A model generated the notes under the pieces. The model was not told the origin of the DNA, made no database searches, and worked only from the letters and a program-made list of their open reading frames with translations. The translations under genes were made by a program, and so were the position numbers. A DNA stretch of 64,000 nucleotides from Leucoraja erinacea (Eukaryota), in assembly GCF_028641065.1 (NCBI RefSeq), contig NC_073384.1, forward strand, positions 16,430,001 to 16,494,000, given 5' to 3'. Shown piece after piece: positions 1-11,960 of this stretch; positions within the stretch are counted from its first letter, which is position 1, and the number at the start of each line of letters is the position of its first letter.

Positions 1-189
1 GTCATTGAACCTGGAACATTTGCAGAAACACTTTTAAGTTCTGCAATATGATTTTACCCCATAAATAGGGGCTATGATTGGTGTTAAGAAAACTTTCGTT
101 GTTTCAATATCGTATTGATATCTAATGATGTTAACACTATTCTCCCCATAATCAAGGCAGATGTGATGCATGGACTAGTTTCCACGGCA

Positions 190-538
190 TGAAATCACAG
201 AGCTTTAAAATCTTCACGTAGTCACTCACGTGACTCCGAAGTAAAATAGTAAGATTAAACGAGAACTTACCAGTTTGAAGTTTGATCTTTATTTTGTGAG
301 GAGTAACGTTGAGGGAATACGTGCCCTCCGCTCCCACCCTTGATCATATACTCAACTGGTATCTCTTCTCTAATCTTACTATGTTTAGTCATTACAGTTA
401 TCTGTGATTTCACACCGCTGCTTTGAAAAATGGCACGCATGCGTCCTAGCGGGGTTCTTCACGTATTCCCTCAACATTACTCCTCATAAAATAAAGATCA
501 AACTTCAAACTGGTAAGTTCTCGTTTAATCTTACTATT
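190..538. mobile_element. DIRS-type (tyrosine-recombinase retrotransposon) terminal fragment with a 79-bp inverted repeat
   Basis: 245-323 (aatagtaagattaaacgagaacttaccagtttg...gaatacgtg) is the near-perfect reverse complement of 460-538. The ACTTACC/GGTAAGT core and a repeated tcttcacgta motif resemble vertebrate DIRS ITR/ICR ends (family call from recollection). Confidence 0.5.
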
Positions 539-599
539 AACTTCCACAAGGTGACCACACTGTCAGTAAATTGTGGACCCTACGCAATCTGTGCTGATT

Positions 600-975
600 C
601 AGACAGCTCTCCTATACTAGTTCCCCCTGCCAATGTTTGGCCCATTATCCTTCAAATCTTCCCTATCCATGAATCTGTACAAATATCTTTTAGATGTTGT
701 TATTGTACCTGCCTTTACCACCTCCTCTGGCAGCTCGTTCCATACCCACCACTCTCTGTGCAGTAAAGGTACTCCTCAGGTTACTATATATTTTTCCTCT
801 CTCACTTTAACCATGTCCTCTGGTTTTTGATTCCAATATTCTGGTAAAAGACTCTATCTATTTCCCACATGTTTCATTGCACATATGTCAAATCATCCTT
901 CAGCCTCCGGCACTCCATCCTTCCCAACTTTACCTATTTCTCTAGTCTTCAGGTCCTGGCAACATCCTTGTAAAT
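600..975 (-). mobile_element. CR1-type LINE 3' fragment
   Basis: Reverse complement of the CR1 3' region repeated throughout this window (compare 11560-11950). Confidence 0.65.
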
Positions 976-1029
976 TGTAAACCTATTTCTCATTGATGGA
1001 TACAGAGCAAATATTTGGAAATTATCTTA

Positions 1030-1400
1030 CCTACAGCTGGGAACAAATTGTAGAAGAGAAGAGTGATTGTATCAGATAGTAGTAGATGTCTGTCTGGGAA
1101 GAGCATACAACGAATCACCACACTCTGGCACCACCTTGTAGTGGTCATTTCCCTACTCCTCAACATCATCCCACTAACTGGATATTCCCTTGCCTTCTTA
1201 CAGCTCCTCATATACGTCACTTTGCATATGTCTGGACAAATTACATTTGTAGTTTTCCTCGTCATCGATTCCTTCATGTGGCCTAAACCTTTTCTCCTCG
1301 ATATCAGCCACATGAGCATTATTAAAACATTTGCACCTGAATCGCCAAAGACAGCGATGGAGTCCTGCACCCGAAGGAGCCTCACTGGTAACAGACAATC
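1030..1400 (-). mobile_element. Decayed Gypsy/Ty3 LTR-retrotransposon integrase fragment
   Basis: Across frameshifts the minus strand reads LRVQDSIAVFGD..LGH/HEGI..VICPDICKV.YMRSCKK..SREMTTTRW. This resembles the Gypsy integrase HHCC region (LSVQDG...H.GH.GI...WP.M..DV..YVRSC..C...HE.P..PW). Confidence 0.45.
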
Positions 1401-1529
1401 TACTTACCATCGTATTTCAAGTCAATCCTACCTATATCCATGTTACTTGTCATTTTATCTGAGGTGCAGTATCAAGCAGCGGAAGATCTTGTGCCACTAT
1501 TCTAAAGACATGTGCAGGAACATTGCCAA

Positions 1530-3545
1530 TGTCATGTCTAAACCATGTGAAGGGATGTTGGTTGGAGAAGGTTATTTGCTAGCAAAGGGACACCCAGCAA
1601 GTAGGAGACATTGAAAAGCAATATACAAAGAGTTCATGGCTTGCAAGTTCTTGTTAGAGTGAAAACCAAGGCTGGTGGGAGTACGGAAGACTGGATGAAA
1701 AGAAATATTGTGGCTCTAGTCATGAAAAAAAGGAGGCATGGGTTACATAGGTCAGCTGGGATCAAGGGAATCCCTGGACCACAGGGGATGCAGGAGTCTG
1801 CTAAATGACATCATGAGGACAGTAAAGTGTCATGGGATCGCTTTGGCAGAGAAGATTAAGGAGAATCCAAAGAAATATTGTAAGGACATTAAAAGTAAGT
1901 GGGCAACCAGGGAGAAAATAATGTGATTCAAAACCAAAATGGACACAAATGCATGGAGCCATAGGAAATGTGAAAGGTCCTCAATTAATGTATATTCTCT
2001 GTTTTTATTGTAGACAGACATGAAGTTATGAGAATTTAGGAACAACGCTGAAGATGCATTGTAGACAGTCTGCATTACAGTAGAGATGGTGCTGGATATC
2101 TTAAATTGTACCAAGATAGATAATTCTCCAAGGCCTGATCTCATATATCCAAGAACACTAAGCAAAGCTAGAAAAGTAAATGCAGGAGCCCTGGCTGATA
2201 GAAATGCATCATCATTTGCACCGTGAATTGTTCAAATGACTAGAGATTGACCAACATTGTGCCTTTATTTAAGAGGGTTGTAAATAAAAGCTTGCAAACT
2301 ATTGAACAATAAGCCTAACATCCGAGTTCTCTACCTCAGAGGGTGGTGGAGGCAGGTTCTCTGGATGCTTTCAAGAGAGAGCTAGATAGGGCTCTTAAAA
2401 ATAGCAGTCAGGGGATATGGGGAGAAGGCAGGAAGGGGTACTGATTGGGGATGACCAGCCATGATCACATTGAATGGTTATGCTGGCTCGAAGGGCCAAA
2501 TGGCCTACTCCTGCACCTATTGTCTATTATCTATTGAGATTAATGGTGGGGATTCTGAGAGTTGAGATATACATGAATTTGGAAAAACTGGGGAGGCTTA
2601 GACAGTATGGCTTTGTGTGTGGGAGATCTTGACCCACGAATGTTTGAATTTTTGAAAAAGTAACTAAGAAGATCAATGTGGCTGGGGTGGTAGATGTAAC
2701 CTCTCTGGATCTCAACTAGGCATTAGATAGGTTTCCATAAGGTAGGCAGCTCTGGAAGGATAGATGGCATGGTGTCCATGGTGAGCTGATTAATTGGATA
2801 TATAATTGGTTTGATGGCAGGAAGCAGAGGGTAATCATAGAAGGATATTGGACTGGAGGCCCAATGATGGTGTTGTAGACAGTAATTATGGTGTTGTAGA
2901 AAGTTATCAAGAATTACAGCAGGATCTTGATTTAGTTGATCAAGGAATGGAAAGTGAATTTTATTTCAAGTAATTTTGCAAGGTGTTGCATTTTGCGAAG
3001 TAAAACAAGGGTAGGATATTTATATAGAAAGCTAGGGGAATTGCAGAAGAGAGGGATCTTGAAGTGCAAGTACATAGATCCCTGAAAATATGCACCAGTT
3101 GACAGGTTAATGAAGAAGACATTTGGCACGCTGTCCTTCATCAGTCGACATATTGGCTGATTGGGATACCATATTGCAAATATACAAGTTGATGATGTGA
3201 CCACACTTGGAGTATTATGCATTGATCACCCTGCTGTAGGAAAGACATCATAAGCTAGGAAACCAAGAACTAGAGGCTATAAGTTTAAGGAGAGAGGGAC
3301 AAGACTTAATGGGAACCTGAGCAATTTTTTCACACAGAGTGTGATGGGTATATCGAACGAGCTGCCAGAGGAAGTTGTTGAGACTGGTATAATAACATTA
3401 GTACACATTTTGACAGGTACATTGATCAGAATGATTTTTGAGGGATCTGGTCAAACTAAGGTGAATGGATTTGTATAGATGGGCAACTTGGTCAGCATGG
3501 ATGTGATGGTAGGAAATCCCTGTTTCCATGTTGAATGAGTCCATG
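1530..3545 (+). mobile_element. Degenerate CR1 LINE ORF2 plus 3' end, with a nested younger CR1 3' fragment at about 2335-2525
   Basis: Translated pieces such as LAEKIKENPKKYCKDIKSK and RT-like stretches, then a typical CR1 3' tail; many stops and frameshifts. Confidence 0.7.
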
Positions 3546-3681
3546 AATTCCCTAGGACTCCCGGGTACTGAACAGTTACACGTTACATCTTCCAGGGATT
3601 GCACCGCACAGTTAAACCAGTACAGGAAGATAGAGAGTGAGGACAGGAATGAGATAGCAAATGTACTGATATAGTGTCATG

Positions 3682-3996
3682 CAGGGGCAGAAAACCCGGG
3701 GGGGCGGCCAGAGGGGACACGTCCCCCCTATGTTTTGAGAGGTGGGGGACATTCCCGCCAGGTTAACCTGCCTGGGCTTGCGGGAAATCTGGCCAGTGCG
3801 GAGAAGAAGCGCTGGTGTCCCGTCAGTCCAGACAGGGCTGTAGTTAACCTGGTGAGACAGGCACAGTTGAGCTGCCTTTAGCGCTGGATTGAGCCTCCGA
3901 AGCCGTGCGTGTGTGTGTGTGTGTGTGCGCACGCGCGGCCGCCAAAAAAATGTGTCCCCCGTCCCCTCCATGTTTTGATAGTGAGTTCCGCTCTTG
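3682..3996. mobile_element. hAT-family non-autonomous DNA transposon (MITE)
   Basis: Termini caggggcagaa...ttccgctcttg are imperfect TIRs. An 8-bp TSD flanks them: gtgtcatg (3674-3681) and gtgtcagg (3997-4004). It interrupts a LINE RT motif (WCQDNNL). Confidence 0.7.
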
Positions 3997-4628
3997 GTGT
4001 CAGGACAATAACCTCCCTCTCAATGTCAGCAAGATGAAAGAACTAGTTATTTACTTCAAGAAGCATGGTGGAGTACATTCTCCAATTAACATCAGAGCTT
4101 AGTTTTGAAAGAGCTTTGCTCAAGACCGCAAGAAATTACTTACAACTGCAGATGTATCTTGGTCTAATCCACAGACCAGACTTCCCACCATTGACTCCAT
4201 CTATACCTCACGCTTCCTTGGAAGGGCAGTCAACGTAATCAAAGCATTGTTCCACCCCAGTCATTCCTTATTCTTCTCCCTGATGCGGACCGGCAGAAGA
4301 TATGGAAGTTTGAAAGAGCACAGCACCAGACTCAGGAACAGCTGCTTTCCCTCTGTTATCAGGCTTCTGAACAGTCCATCCATAAGTAATGATACTGTCC
4401 AATTCACCTCTACCCCAGTGTGGACATTGAAATTTGTCTATGGGACAGATGTGCTACTGTGCGATATAATGTTGAGGACTATATGTTGCACTCTGTTCCC
4501 TTTCCGTTGATCTATCTATTGTGTTTCAGTTTGAAATGATTTTATTGATGTCTGGTTTATCCTATTTGTTTGAATAATATGAAAAACAAAGTGTTTCATT
4601 GTATCGCGGTATATGTGACGATAATAAA
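3997..4628 (+). mobile_element. Rex1/Babar-like LINE 3' fragment
   Basis: CQDNNLPLNVSKMKELVIYF and HPSHSLF..TGRRY..TRLRNSCFPSVIRLLN are typical of the C-terminus of these LINE RTs; ends in aataaa. Confidence 0.7.
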
Positions 4629-5711
4629 CCCACAGAATTAAGCCTCACAACTTCCTGGGAACCCACCACACAGTTACACCTCACACAAATCTGGGACCAC
4701 ACCACATTGCTGAACAGAACTCCCTGGAACTACACCACAGGTAAACCTTACACTTCATTGGGATTTTACCGCACAGTTACACCTTACACCTCCCTGGGAC
4801 CGCACCATACAGTTAAACTTTACAAAGGGCAGAGCAAGTGACTGAGGTGTCAGTGGGGGAGCATTGACCATAGTTGGGGGAACACATGTGACCATAGTCC
4901 TATTAGTTTTAAAATGGTTATGGAAAAGACAGAACTGATCTTGAAGTTCCAAATCAGACAAATTTTGACACAAGTAGACACGAGTTTGCAATAGTTGATT
5001 GAAGAAAGTTGTTTACAAAGGAAAGGAATTCCCAGCAAGTGGGAGGTTTTAGAAATTAAATTACAACTGTACGGTAGTCGAGATTCTTATCCAAGATGTA
5101 TCTCAGTGCTTATGTGATACGTACTGAACTGTACAAAAAAACGAATTTCACTGTACCTTTTTGCATGTAACAAATAAAGTGCCATTGAATCATTGATCTT
5201 GAGGCTCTAGTTAGAATAAAGGAAACCTGGATCAGGTAAAGCAGCTCAGAGGCCAGAAATACAGCATGTGTAGGTTTAGATTTAGGTTTAGATTTTAGAT
5301 TTATTGTTGTCACATGTACTAATGCAAAGTGAGAATCTTTTGTTTGCCTGCTTTCCAATCTTATCAGGTGATGCCATTTATGAATACTGTACAATAAAGC
5401 CAAATAAAGTACCACAGGTGGAGTCAAGAGATAACAAATGGAGACTCCTGGCAGCTAGTCCTTCTGTTCTATCCTCCCTCATACATTTATAGAATGTTCT
5501 TTAAATGTTTAAGCCATGGTAACTGTTTCTGGGGGATATCTCCAGCAAAAGGCACGATAGGAGAAACAAGGAACTGCAGATGCTGGTTTAAAAAAAATAG
5601 ACACAAGGTGCTAGAGTAACTCAGCGGGTCAGGCAGCAAGTCTGGAGAACATGGATGGGTAACTCTTCAGGTCCAGACCCTTCTTCAGAGAGCTACATTG
5701 AGATAAATTTA

Positions 5712-5935
5712 GAGGGGCCAGGAGAGGGACGAAGGTGTGAGAGCCACTGATACAAGCGCACAGCAGGTGGAATATTGTGAACAGTTTCCTTTGTGTTTCC
5801 GGTTCATTGACCTTGTGTTTCCATCCCAGTGCTTGTACACCAAGTGTATTGCGCCAGAGCCTGTTGTTCATTTGCTAATTGATGTTTCAGAGGGTGCGAA
5901 AGCTGTAATGTGTGTATTCTGAGCCTTGTAACTAA
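5712..5935 (+). promoter_or_regulatory. Diverged duplicate of the GPCR upstream region (paralog of 13243-13464)
   Basis: Colinear alignment with identical blocks such as tgtttccatcccagtgcttgta and ctgttgttcatttgctaattgatgtttcagagggtgc; truncated at about 5936 by a CR1 3' end. Confidence 0.7.
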
Positions 5936-6139
5936 GATCATAAGATCATAAGTGATAGGAGTAGAATTAGGCCATTCGACCCATCAAATCTTCTCTGCTG
6001 TTCAATCATGGCTGATCTATCTCTCCCTCTTAACCCCATTCCCCTGCCTTCTTCCCATAAACTGACACCCATACTAATCAATAATCTATCTCTGCCTTAT
6101 ATATATCCACTGAGTTTACCTCCACAGCCTTCTTTGTCA

Positions 6140-6700
6140 CAGCTGCTGGTGGCCTTCTACTGGATGGCCATTGAGAGTCTACTGACATATTACATGTCAG
6201 TGTGTTATGCAGGCTGCTCTGCTGCTCTGCTGCATATAAGAATGCGCTCCAAGGAGTGGTAAAAACAGTAGAGAGAATCACTGGCTGCCCACTGCCCTCT
6301 CTGGAGGATATTGCCACCTCACGCTACCTCAGCAGCCACTAAAATCATCAAAGACTCCACACACCCCGGTCACAACCTTTTTCAACTGTTGCCCTCTGGC
6401 AGGCGTTACAGGTCATCAAAACACGCACCTCCAGATTCAGAGACAGTTTCTTCCCCAAAGCAATCTTCACTGAGTATTATTCATGCTGGACTTTTCCGTG
6501 CTGCTACCCACCTTGAACTTTCCTATCACCATGTACAGCACTGATTACTTACTTATCTTGATACCTAGCTTTTAACATTGTTTTTAAATTGTGTCCTGTG
6601 TTTTTATGTTTGTATATTATGCACCAATGGAATGACGACAACAATTTCATTGTGTGCAGTGGTTACAACGACAGATCAAGGCATTTCATTTCATTTCATT
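6140..6700 (+). mobile_element. Rex1/Babar-like LINE 3' fragment
   Basis: LLVAFYWMAIESLLTY and KIIKDSTHPGHNLFQLLPSGRRYRS; (cattt)n tail. Confidence 0.7.
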
Positions 6701-7089
6701 CATTCCTTTGGAAAGAATTCCACAGATTCATCACCCTCTGACTTTATAAAGTCTTCTCCATCTCCTTCCGAAAAGAACGACCTTGAGTTTGAACTGATTC
6801 AATTGATGTCTGGTTTACCTGATTTGTTCGGACAACATGTAAAACAAAGAGTTTCACTATACCTCAATATATGTGACAATAATAAACCTAAACTCAAGCC
6901 AGGGACCGACCTACAGAGTTGAACCTCACAACTTCCTGGGACCCACCACACAGTTACACCTTATACCAATCTGGGACCACACTACACAGTAACACTTTAC
7001 ACCACTGTGCCCACCTCACACAAGTCTATCATACATTTTATTGGCCCCCATTGTCTCATCGTTACCATATATGTCCAGTCCCTTTACAC

Positions 7090-8830
7090 TTCTATCCCTG
7101 ACATGAAAGGTTTCAAGTTTCTCCAGTTCTTCCTTGAACAGAGTCCTAAATTATTTTCCCTCTACTAACACTCTCCTCCGCCTGGCAGAACCTGACCTCA
7201 TCCTCAACAACATCACTTTTGTCTCCACTCACTTCCTGCAAGTTACAGATGCCACCATGGGAATTCGCATGGGCCTCAGCTATGCCTGCCTTTTTGTTGG
7301 TTAAATCGAAAAGTCCTTGTTCCAAACACACACTGGCATCATCCTCAACTCTTTCTCTGTCACGTTGACTGCTGCATATTGGATGCCTCCTGCACCCTTG
7401 CAGAACTGTTGATTTAATTATCTTTACCATAAACCTCCGCCTTGTCCTCAAATTCACAAATTATCTCAGGCACCTCTCTCCCCTTTCTTGATCTCTGCCT
7501 TCATCACAGAGGAGTATCCCCACTGTCCCTTAAGGGCCTGTCCCACTGTACGAGGTAATTCAAGAGATCTCCTGAGTTTCCCCTGATTCAAACTCGGAGA
7601 AGTACGGTAATAGCCGCTTGTAGGTACTCGGGGCTCTCGTGGACATTTTTCAACATGTTGAACAAACTTCACGAGTTTACCGCATTTCCCGAGTACCTGC
7701 CGTTAGCGTTACGAGCCGCTAAGAGACGTCCCGAGCTCTGACATACCCGCAACGTACATTCTACATACTTACCACGAGTTTGATTTTTTGTTTAAACTCT
7801 GGAGAGCTCTTGGGTAAACTCGTATAGTGGGACAGGCCCTTAAGTTCTGCTCATACCCCCTCTTCCACAGACGGCACAAGGGTAAAGTCCACTAGGAGCT
7901 TAGCTTTCATCCCACCATCTTCTGCAGACAATACATCATTCTCTGTCATTACTGCCACCTTTAACGTGATCCCATCACAAATCATATCTTCCCACCTCCA
8001 CCCCATTCAGCCTTCAGAGATCACTCCATGCACAACTCATTAGTTCACTCATCCCTTCCCATCCTAACTTCCCCTTCACTAGGTGCCTTCCCCTGCAACT
8101 GCAGGAATTGTAACACCTGTTCCTATACTTCCTCCCTTACATCCGTCCAGGGAACCCAGCAATCCTTCCAGGTGAGACAAATATGTACCTCATCTAATCT
8201 CATCTCAGGTCCTGATGTGATCACCTTTACATCAATAGGACCAAGCTTAGACCTGGAGCCCTTTACGCCAAACAGGCAATGTCCACCAATGCCAACTGGA
8301 TCTCCCAGTTGCGAATCATTTTAACTCTCTTCCCATTCCGGTACTGAGCTTTCCATCCTGGAGCTTACCAGCATGAGGAACGGGAGTAACAGTATGTTAT
8401 ATTCCACCTAGGTAGCTCACAATGAACATTAAATTTTACAATTTTATGTTATTATCCTACACACAACCTCCTATTAATTTGTTTCCCCTCACTTCCCTGT
8501 GTCCCACCTGGACTTGCATTCATTTCTCCCCTTCCCCCTCCCCTTCCACAGATTATTTCCTCTGCTTTCACAATTTTCAATCATTTGTATCCTTACCTCA
8601 CTCTATTGGTATGTTCACATCTGGCCTTTGTCCATCCATCTGCCCATCAAAATCCCCCTCACCTGTACCTATCACTCACCAGGCTATGTTCTGCCCTACA
8701 TCTCTTTCAGCTTTCTTCCACCCACCACAATCAGTCTGAAGAATGGTCCACATCGGAAACATCACCTATCCGTGTTCTCAGAGATGACAGCTGACCCACT
8801 GAGTTACTCCAGCACTTTTTGACTTTTTTA
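7090..8830 (+). mobile_element. Degenerate Penelope-like (GIY-YIG) retroelement
   Basis: RT motif region (MG..MG.SYACLFVG-like), linker HNSLVHSSLP..FPCNCRNCNTC, and a 3' terminal motif ctgaagaa...gaaac. Confidence 0.65.
7534..7839. mobile_element. Non-autonomous DNA transposon (MITE) with TTAA target duplication (Kolobok/Harbinger-like)
   Basis: Perfect TIR gggcctgtcccact...agtgggacaggccc with ttaa on both sides (7530-7533, 7840-7843); nested in the Penelope element. Confidence 0.75.
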
Positions 8831-8954
8831 TGTAAATCAGCATTCATATCTCAGGGGTAAAAATAAGCTAGTACCCTGGAAAAACACAGTGTGACCTTGA
8901 CTGACGGCAAAGGTTGCACAGGAAAGCAGAGAAAATGCAGAAAGGAAACAAATT

Positions 8955-9165
8955 AATACCGCCTCTAAGTTAGCTACCGTTCAACAGCAAAATAAATAAA
9001 AGAGGAAGGAGAGGTAGGTGTTCTCAGTAACAGTGTGCATTATGTTATCAGTTGACTTGGACCCTGATCATTGGGAGGGAGATATCTGGGGCATGAGCGA
9101 CTCAGATAGAGAACGGAGAGATGGAAAGGACAATGGATCAATAGTGGAGGATATTGACTAGACAA
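8955..9165 (+). mobile_element. Endogenous-retrovirus gag relic (ERV-L/class III-like motif)
   Basis: One frame reads KLATVQQQNK*KRKER*VFSVTVCIMLSVDLDPDHWEGDIWG, resembling the ERV-L/MaLR gag motif VSxVKVRALIGKEWDPxxWxGDxW. Confidence 0.4.
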
Positions 9166-10134
9166 AGAAGAGGAGAAAACATAACAGTTTTTGCAACCTG
9201 CTTATGGTTTCATATTGAGGTGTTTTAAGGTTCAAAACCTAAAAAGACAAAAATTATCTGAGTTAAAGATATAGTGCTGGATTCATACTTCAGTCTCACA
9301 TTCAAATGAAAACTCGCAATAGGTTTATGGTAATTTTGACCCAACTGATGAGACCCACAATGAGGCGTTGATGTTGTGTAGAATGGTCTGATTCTGGGAG
9401 AAGGAAAAGCAGGAGTCAAGTTTTAAATTAGGGAGGGCTCCTGGAGCAGCTGAAAACTTTCCTCTGCAGGAAAATAGACAGGAGGAGAACTGAAGGTCAG
9501 GGTATAGAACAACAGGGAGAGCTTGGAACGGAAACATCACAGCCCAAGTGTTCACCTTAACTCTATCATGAAGACAGATGTAGTACAGTGCCCAGATCCA
9601 CTCTATTAATGTGGGCCTGATGCCCAAAGCTACACAACAAACAGATTTTATTATCTGAGTCTTTTAACAAATCAGAGTTTGGAATGCAAATAATTTTCAT
9701 TTATTAGCATTGGTACTGAAGGATGAGAAATGCTAAGACAACACAAAGCTTTCTTCCCAGAAATATCCAATGTGAGCATGAATCCTTATACAATAAATAA
9801 CCCCAGTTCCCATCATGAAGAAAGATACCTAGTTTCAATAACACAGTTGATGCTGTTTGTAGATTCTTGAAAAAGCGTGGGCTTATTAAGTCTATAGGTT
9901 CATGCTGTGAGTGAGTTCACTGGAGTTCACCTTGGACCGGGATCGGAACGTTGCTGGGACCCAAGAGTTCTCCAAACCGGCCAACACAAGCCTGTGTCCC
10001 CGATGGGAAGAGAGCCGTGAGCCTTGTTGCTACCAGCCACCGCTCGTGACTTTAATAATCTTTTACTAATCTTTTCACTGTATTTCACAATACTTCACTA
10101 AACTCCTCCAGTCCATTAAACACATACACTTCGT

Positions 10135-10400
10135 ATACAAACGACACACTTTCCCTCCATTGATGAACAGTACACTGCAAGGGCCTGGAAGCGAGCGGGC
10201 AAGATCATCTCTGACCTCTCTCACCCTGGCCACAAACTCTTTGAATCCCTTCCCTCTGGAAGGCGACTCCGGACTGTCAAAGCTGCCACAGCCAGACATA
10301 AAAACAGTTTTTATCCATGAGTAGTTGCTCTACTCAACAGCAAAAAATCTGTACCCTCCCTTTGATCTGGTATTTTGTTGGTTCACATGCTTGATCAATG
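10135..10400 (+). mobile_element. Rex1/Babar-like LINE 3' fragment
   Basis: RARKRAGKIISDLSHPGHKLFESLPSGRRLRTVK motif. Confidence 0.7.
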
Positions 10401-11139
10401 GTGTCCCCCATAGTCACTTGGCGTAAAACTGGGAGTTCCCACACCAACACTCCCAATCACTCCACTGTGCTTTCAAACTGCACTTACTCACCAATACCAT
10501 CCTCACCAATGCCCATTTGTCTTTGCCAGAACAACTCGGCTCCAGAGTTCATTGAATCCTTGGTCTCAACATGGACCAAAGAGACAAATTTCAGTGGTGG
10601 AATGAGGGTGCCTGTCATTGGTGTCAGGCCGTATTTGACCGATTGTGCCATCATGGTGTCCTGGTAAAACCAAAGTCAATGAGCACCAAAAGGAAAACAC
10701 TCCGGTGGTTGGAGTCATCATTTGCACAATGAAGAATCATTGGAGGATGAACATCCCAGATCCAGGACATCACTGCAGGAGTTCCTCAGGGTTGTGTCCT
10801 GGACCCAACCATCTCCAACAACTTAATCGATGACTTACTTCCATCATAAGGACCGGTGGGATTTCCACTGATGATTGCACAATGAACTGTTCCATTCACA
10901 AATCCTCAACAGATAAAGTAGTTCCTGTCTGCATTAAGCAAGAGCTGGTGGAATTTAATGTGTAGGAAAGAACTGCAGATGCTGGTTTAAATCAAAGGTA
11001 GACACAAAATGCCGGAGTAACTCAGCGGGACAAGCAGCATTTCTGGAGAGAAGGAATGGGTGATGTTTCGGCCCTTCTTCAGACTGATCTGACCCAAATC
11101 GTCCCCCATCCATTCTCTCCAGAGTGGCTGCTTGTCCTG

Positions 11140-11960
11140 GTGGAATTTGATGCTGAGAAATGTGAGTGTTGCATTTTGGGTAGTCTAACATGGTCAGGAC
11201 TTACACAGTGAATGGTAGGGCTCTGGGGATTGTTGGAGAGCAGAAGGATCTAGGAGTGTAGGTGCATGGCTCCTTGAAGGTGGAGACGCAGGTAGATCGG
11301 GTGGTCAAAAAGCCTTTTGGCACATTGGCTTTCATCAGTCAGAGTATTGAGAATAGTTGGGAGGCCATGTTGCAGTTGTATAAGATGTTGGTGAGGCCAC
11401 ATTTAGAATATTATGTTCAGTTCTGGGCACCATGTTAAGGGAATGATGTTGCCTGGCTGGAAAGGAAATAGAGAAGATTTATGAGGATGTGCCAGGACTA
11501 GAGGGTCTGAGCAAATAGAAGAGGTTGAGTAAGCTGTGACTCTATTCCTTGGAGCGCAGGAGGATGAGGGATGATCTTATGGAGGTGTATAAAATCATGA
11601 GAGGAATAGATCGGGTAGATGTGAGGAGGAACTTGCCCAAAGTAAGTGAATCGAGGACCAGAGGACATAGATGGTGGAAATAGGTGGTGGAAATGATTTA
11701 ACAGGAATCTGAGGGATAACTTTTTCACACAACTGGTGGTGGATGTATGGAACAAGTTGCCAGAAGAGATAGTTGAGGTAGGGAGTATCCCAATATTTAA
11801 GACACAGTTAGACAGGTACATGGATAGGACAGATTTGGAGGGATATGGACCAAACGTGGGCATGTGGGACTAGTGTAGCTGAGACATGTTTGCCGGTGTG
11901 GGCAACTTGGGCTGAAAAACCTGTTTTTCATGATGTATCACTCTATAACTTTATGATTCT
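11140..11960 (+). mobile_element. CR1 LINE 3' fragment
   Basis: RT C-terminal motifs (CE.LHFG, DLGV.VH, LYKMLVRPHLEY) followed by the CR1 3' UTR. Confidence 0.8.

Noticed and set aside
1031-1106. MLFPDRHLLLSDTITLLFYNLFPAVG followed by GTAAGA, resembling a GPCR exon 1 or leader exon
   Set aside because: It falls within the same Gypsy integrase relic, has no TATA box, and the donor is two codons off the GPCR exon-1 position. Chance similarity is likely.
1198-1384. Minus-strand frame ending ...EENYKCNLSRHMQSDVYEEL*, phase-compatible with the TM exon and resembling a tyrosine-motif tail
   Set aside because: It lies 31 kb away, beyond the GPCR gene, and the overlapping frames are better explained as a decayed Gypsy integrase HHCC region. 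The first tyrosine is not YxxL.
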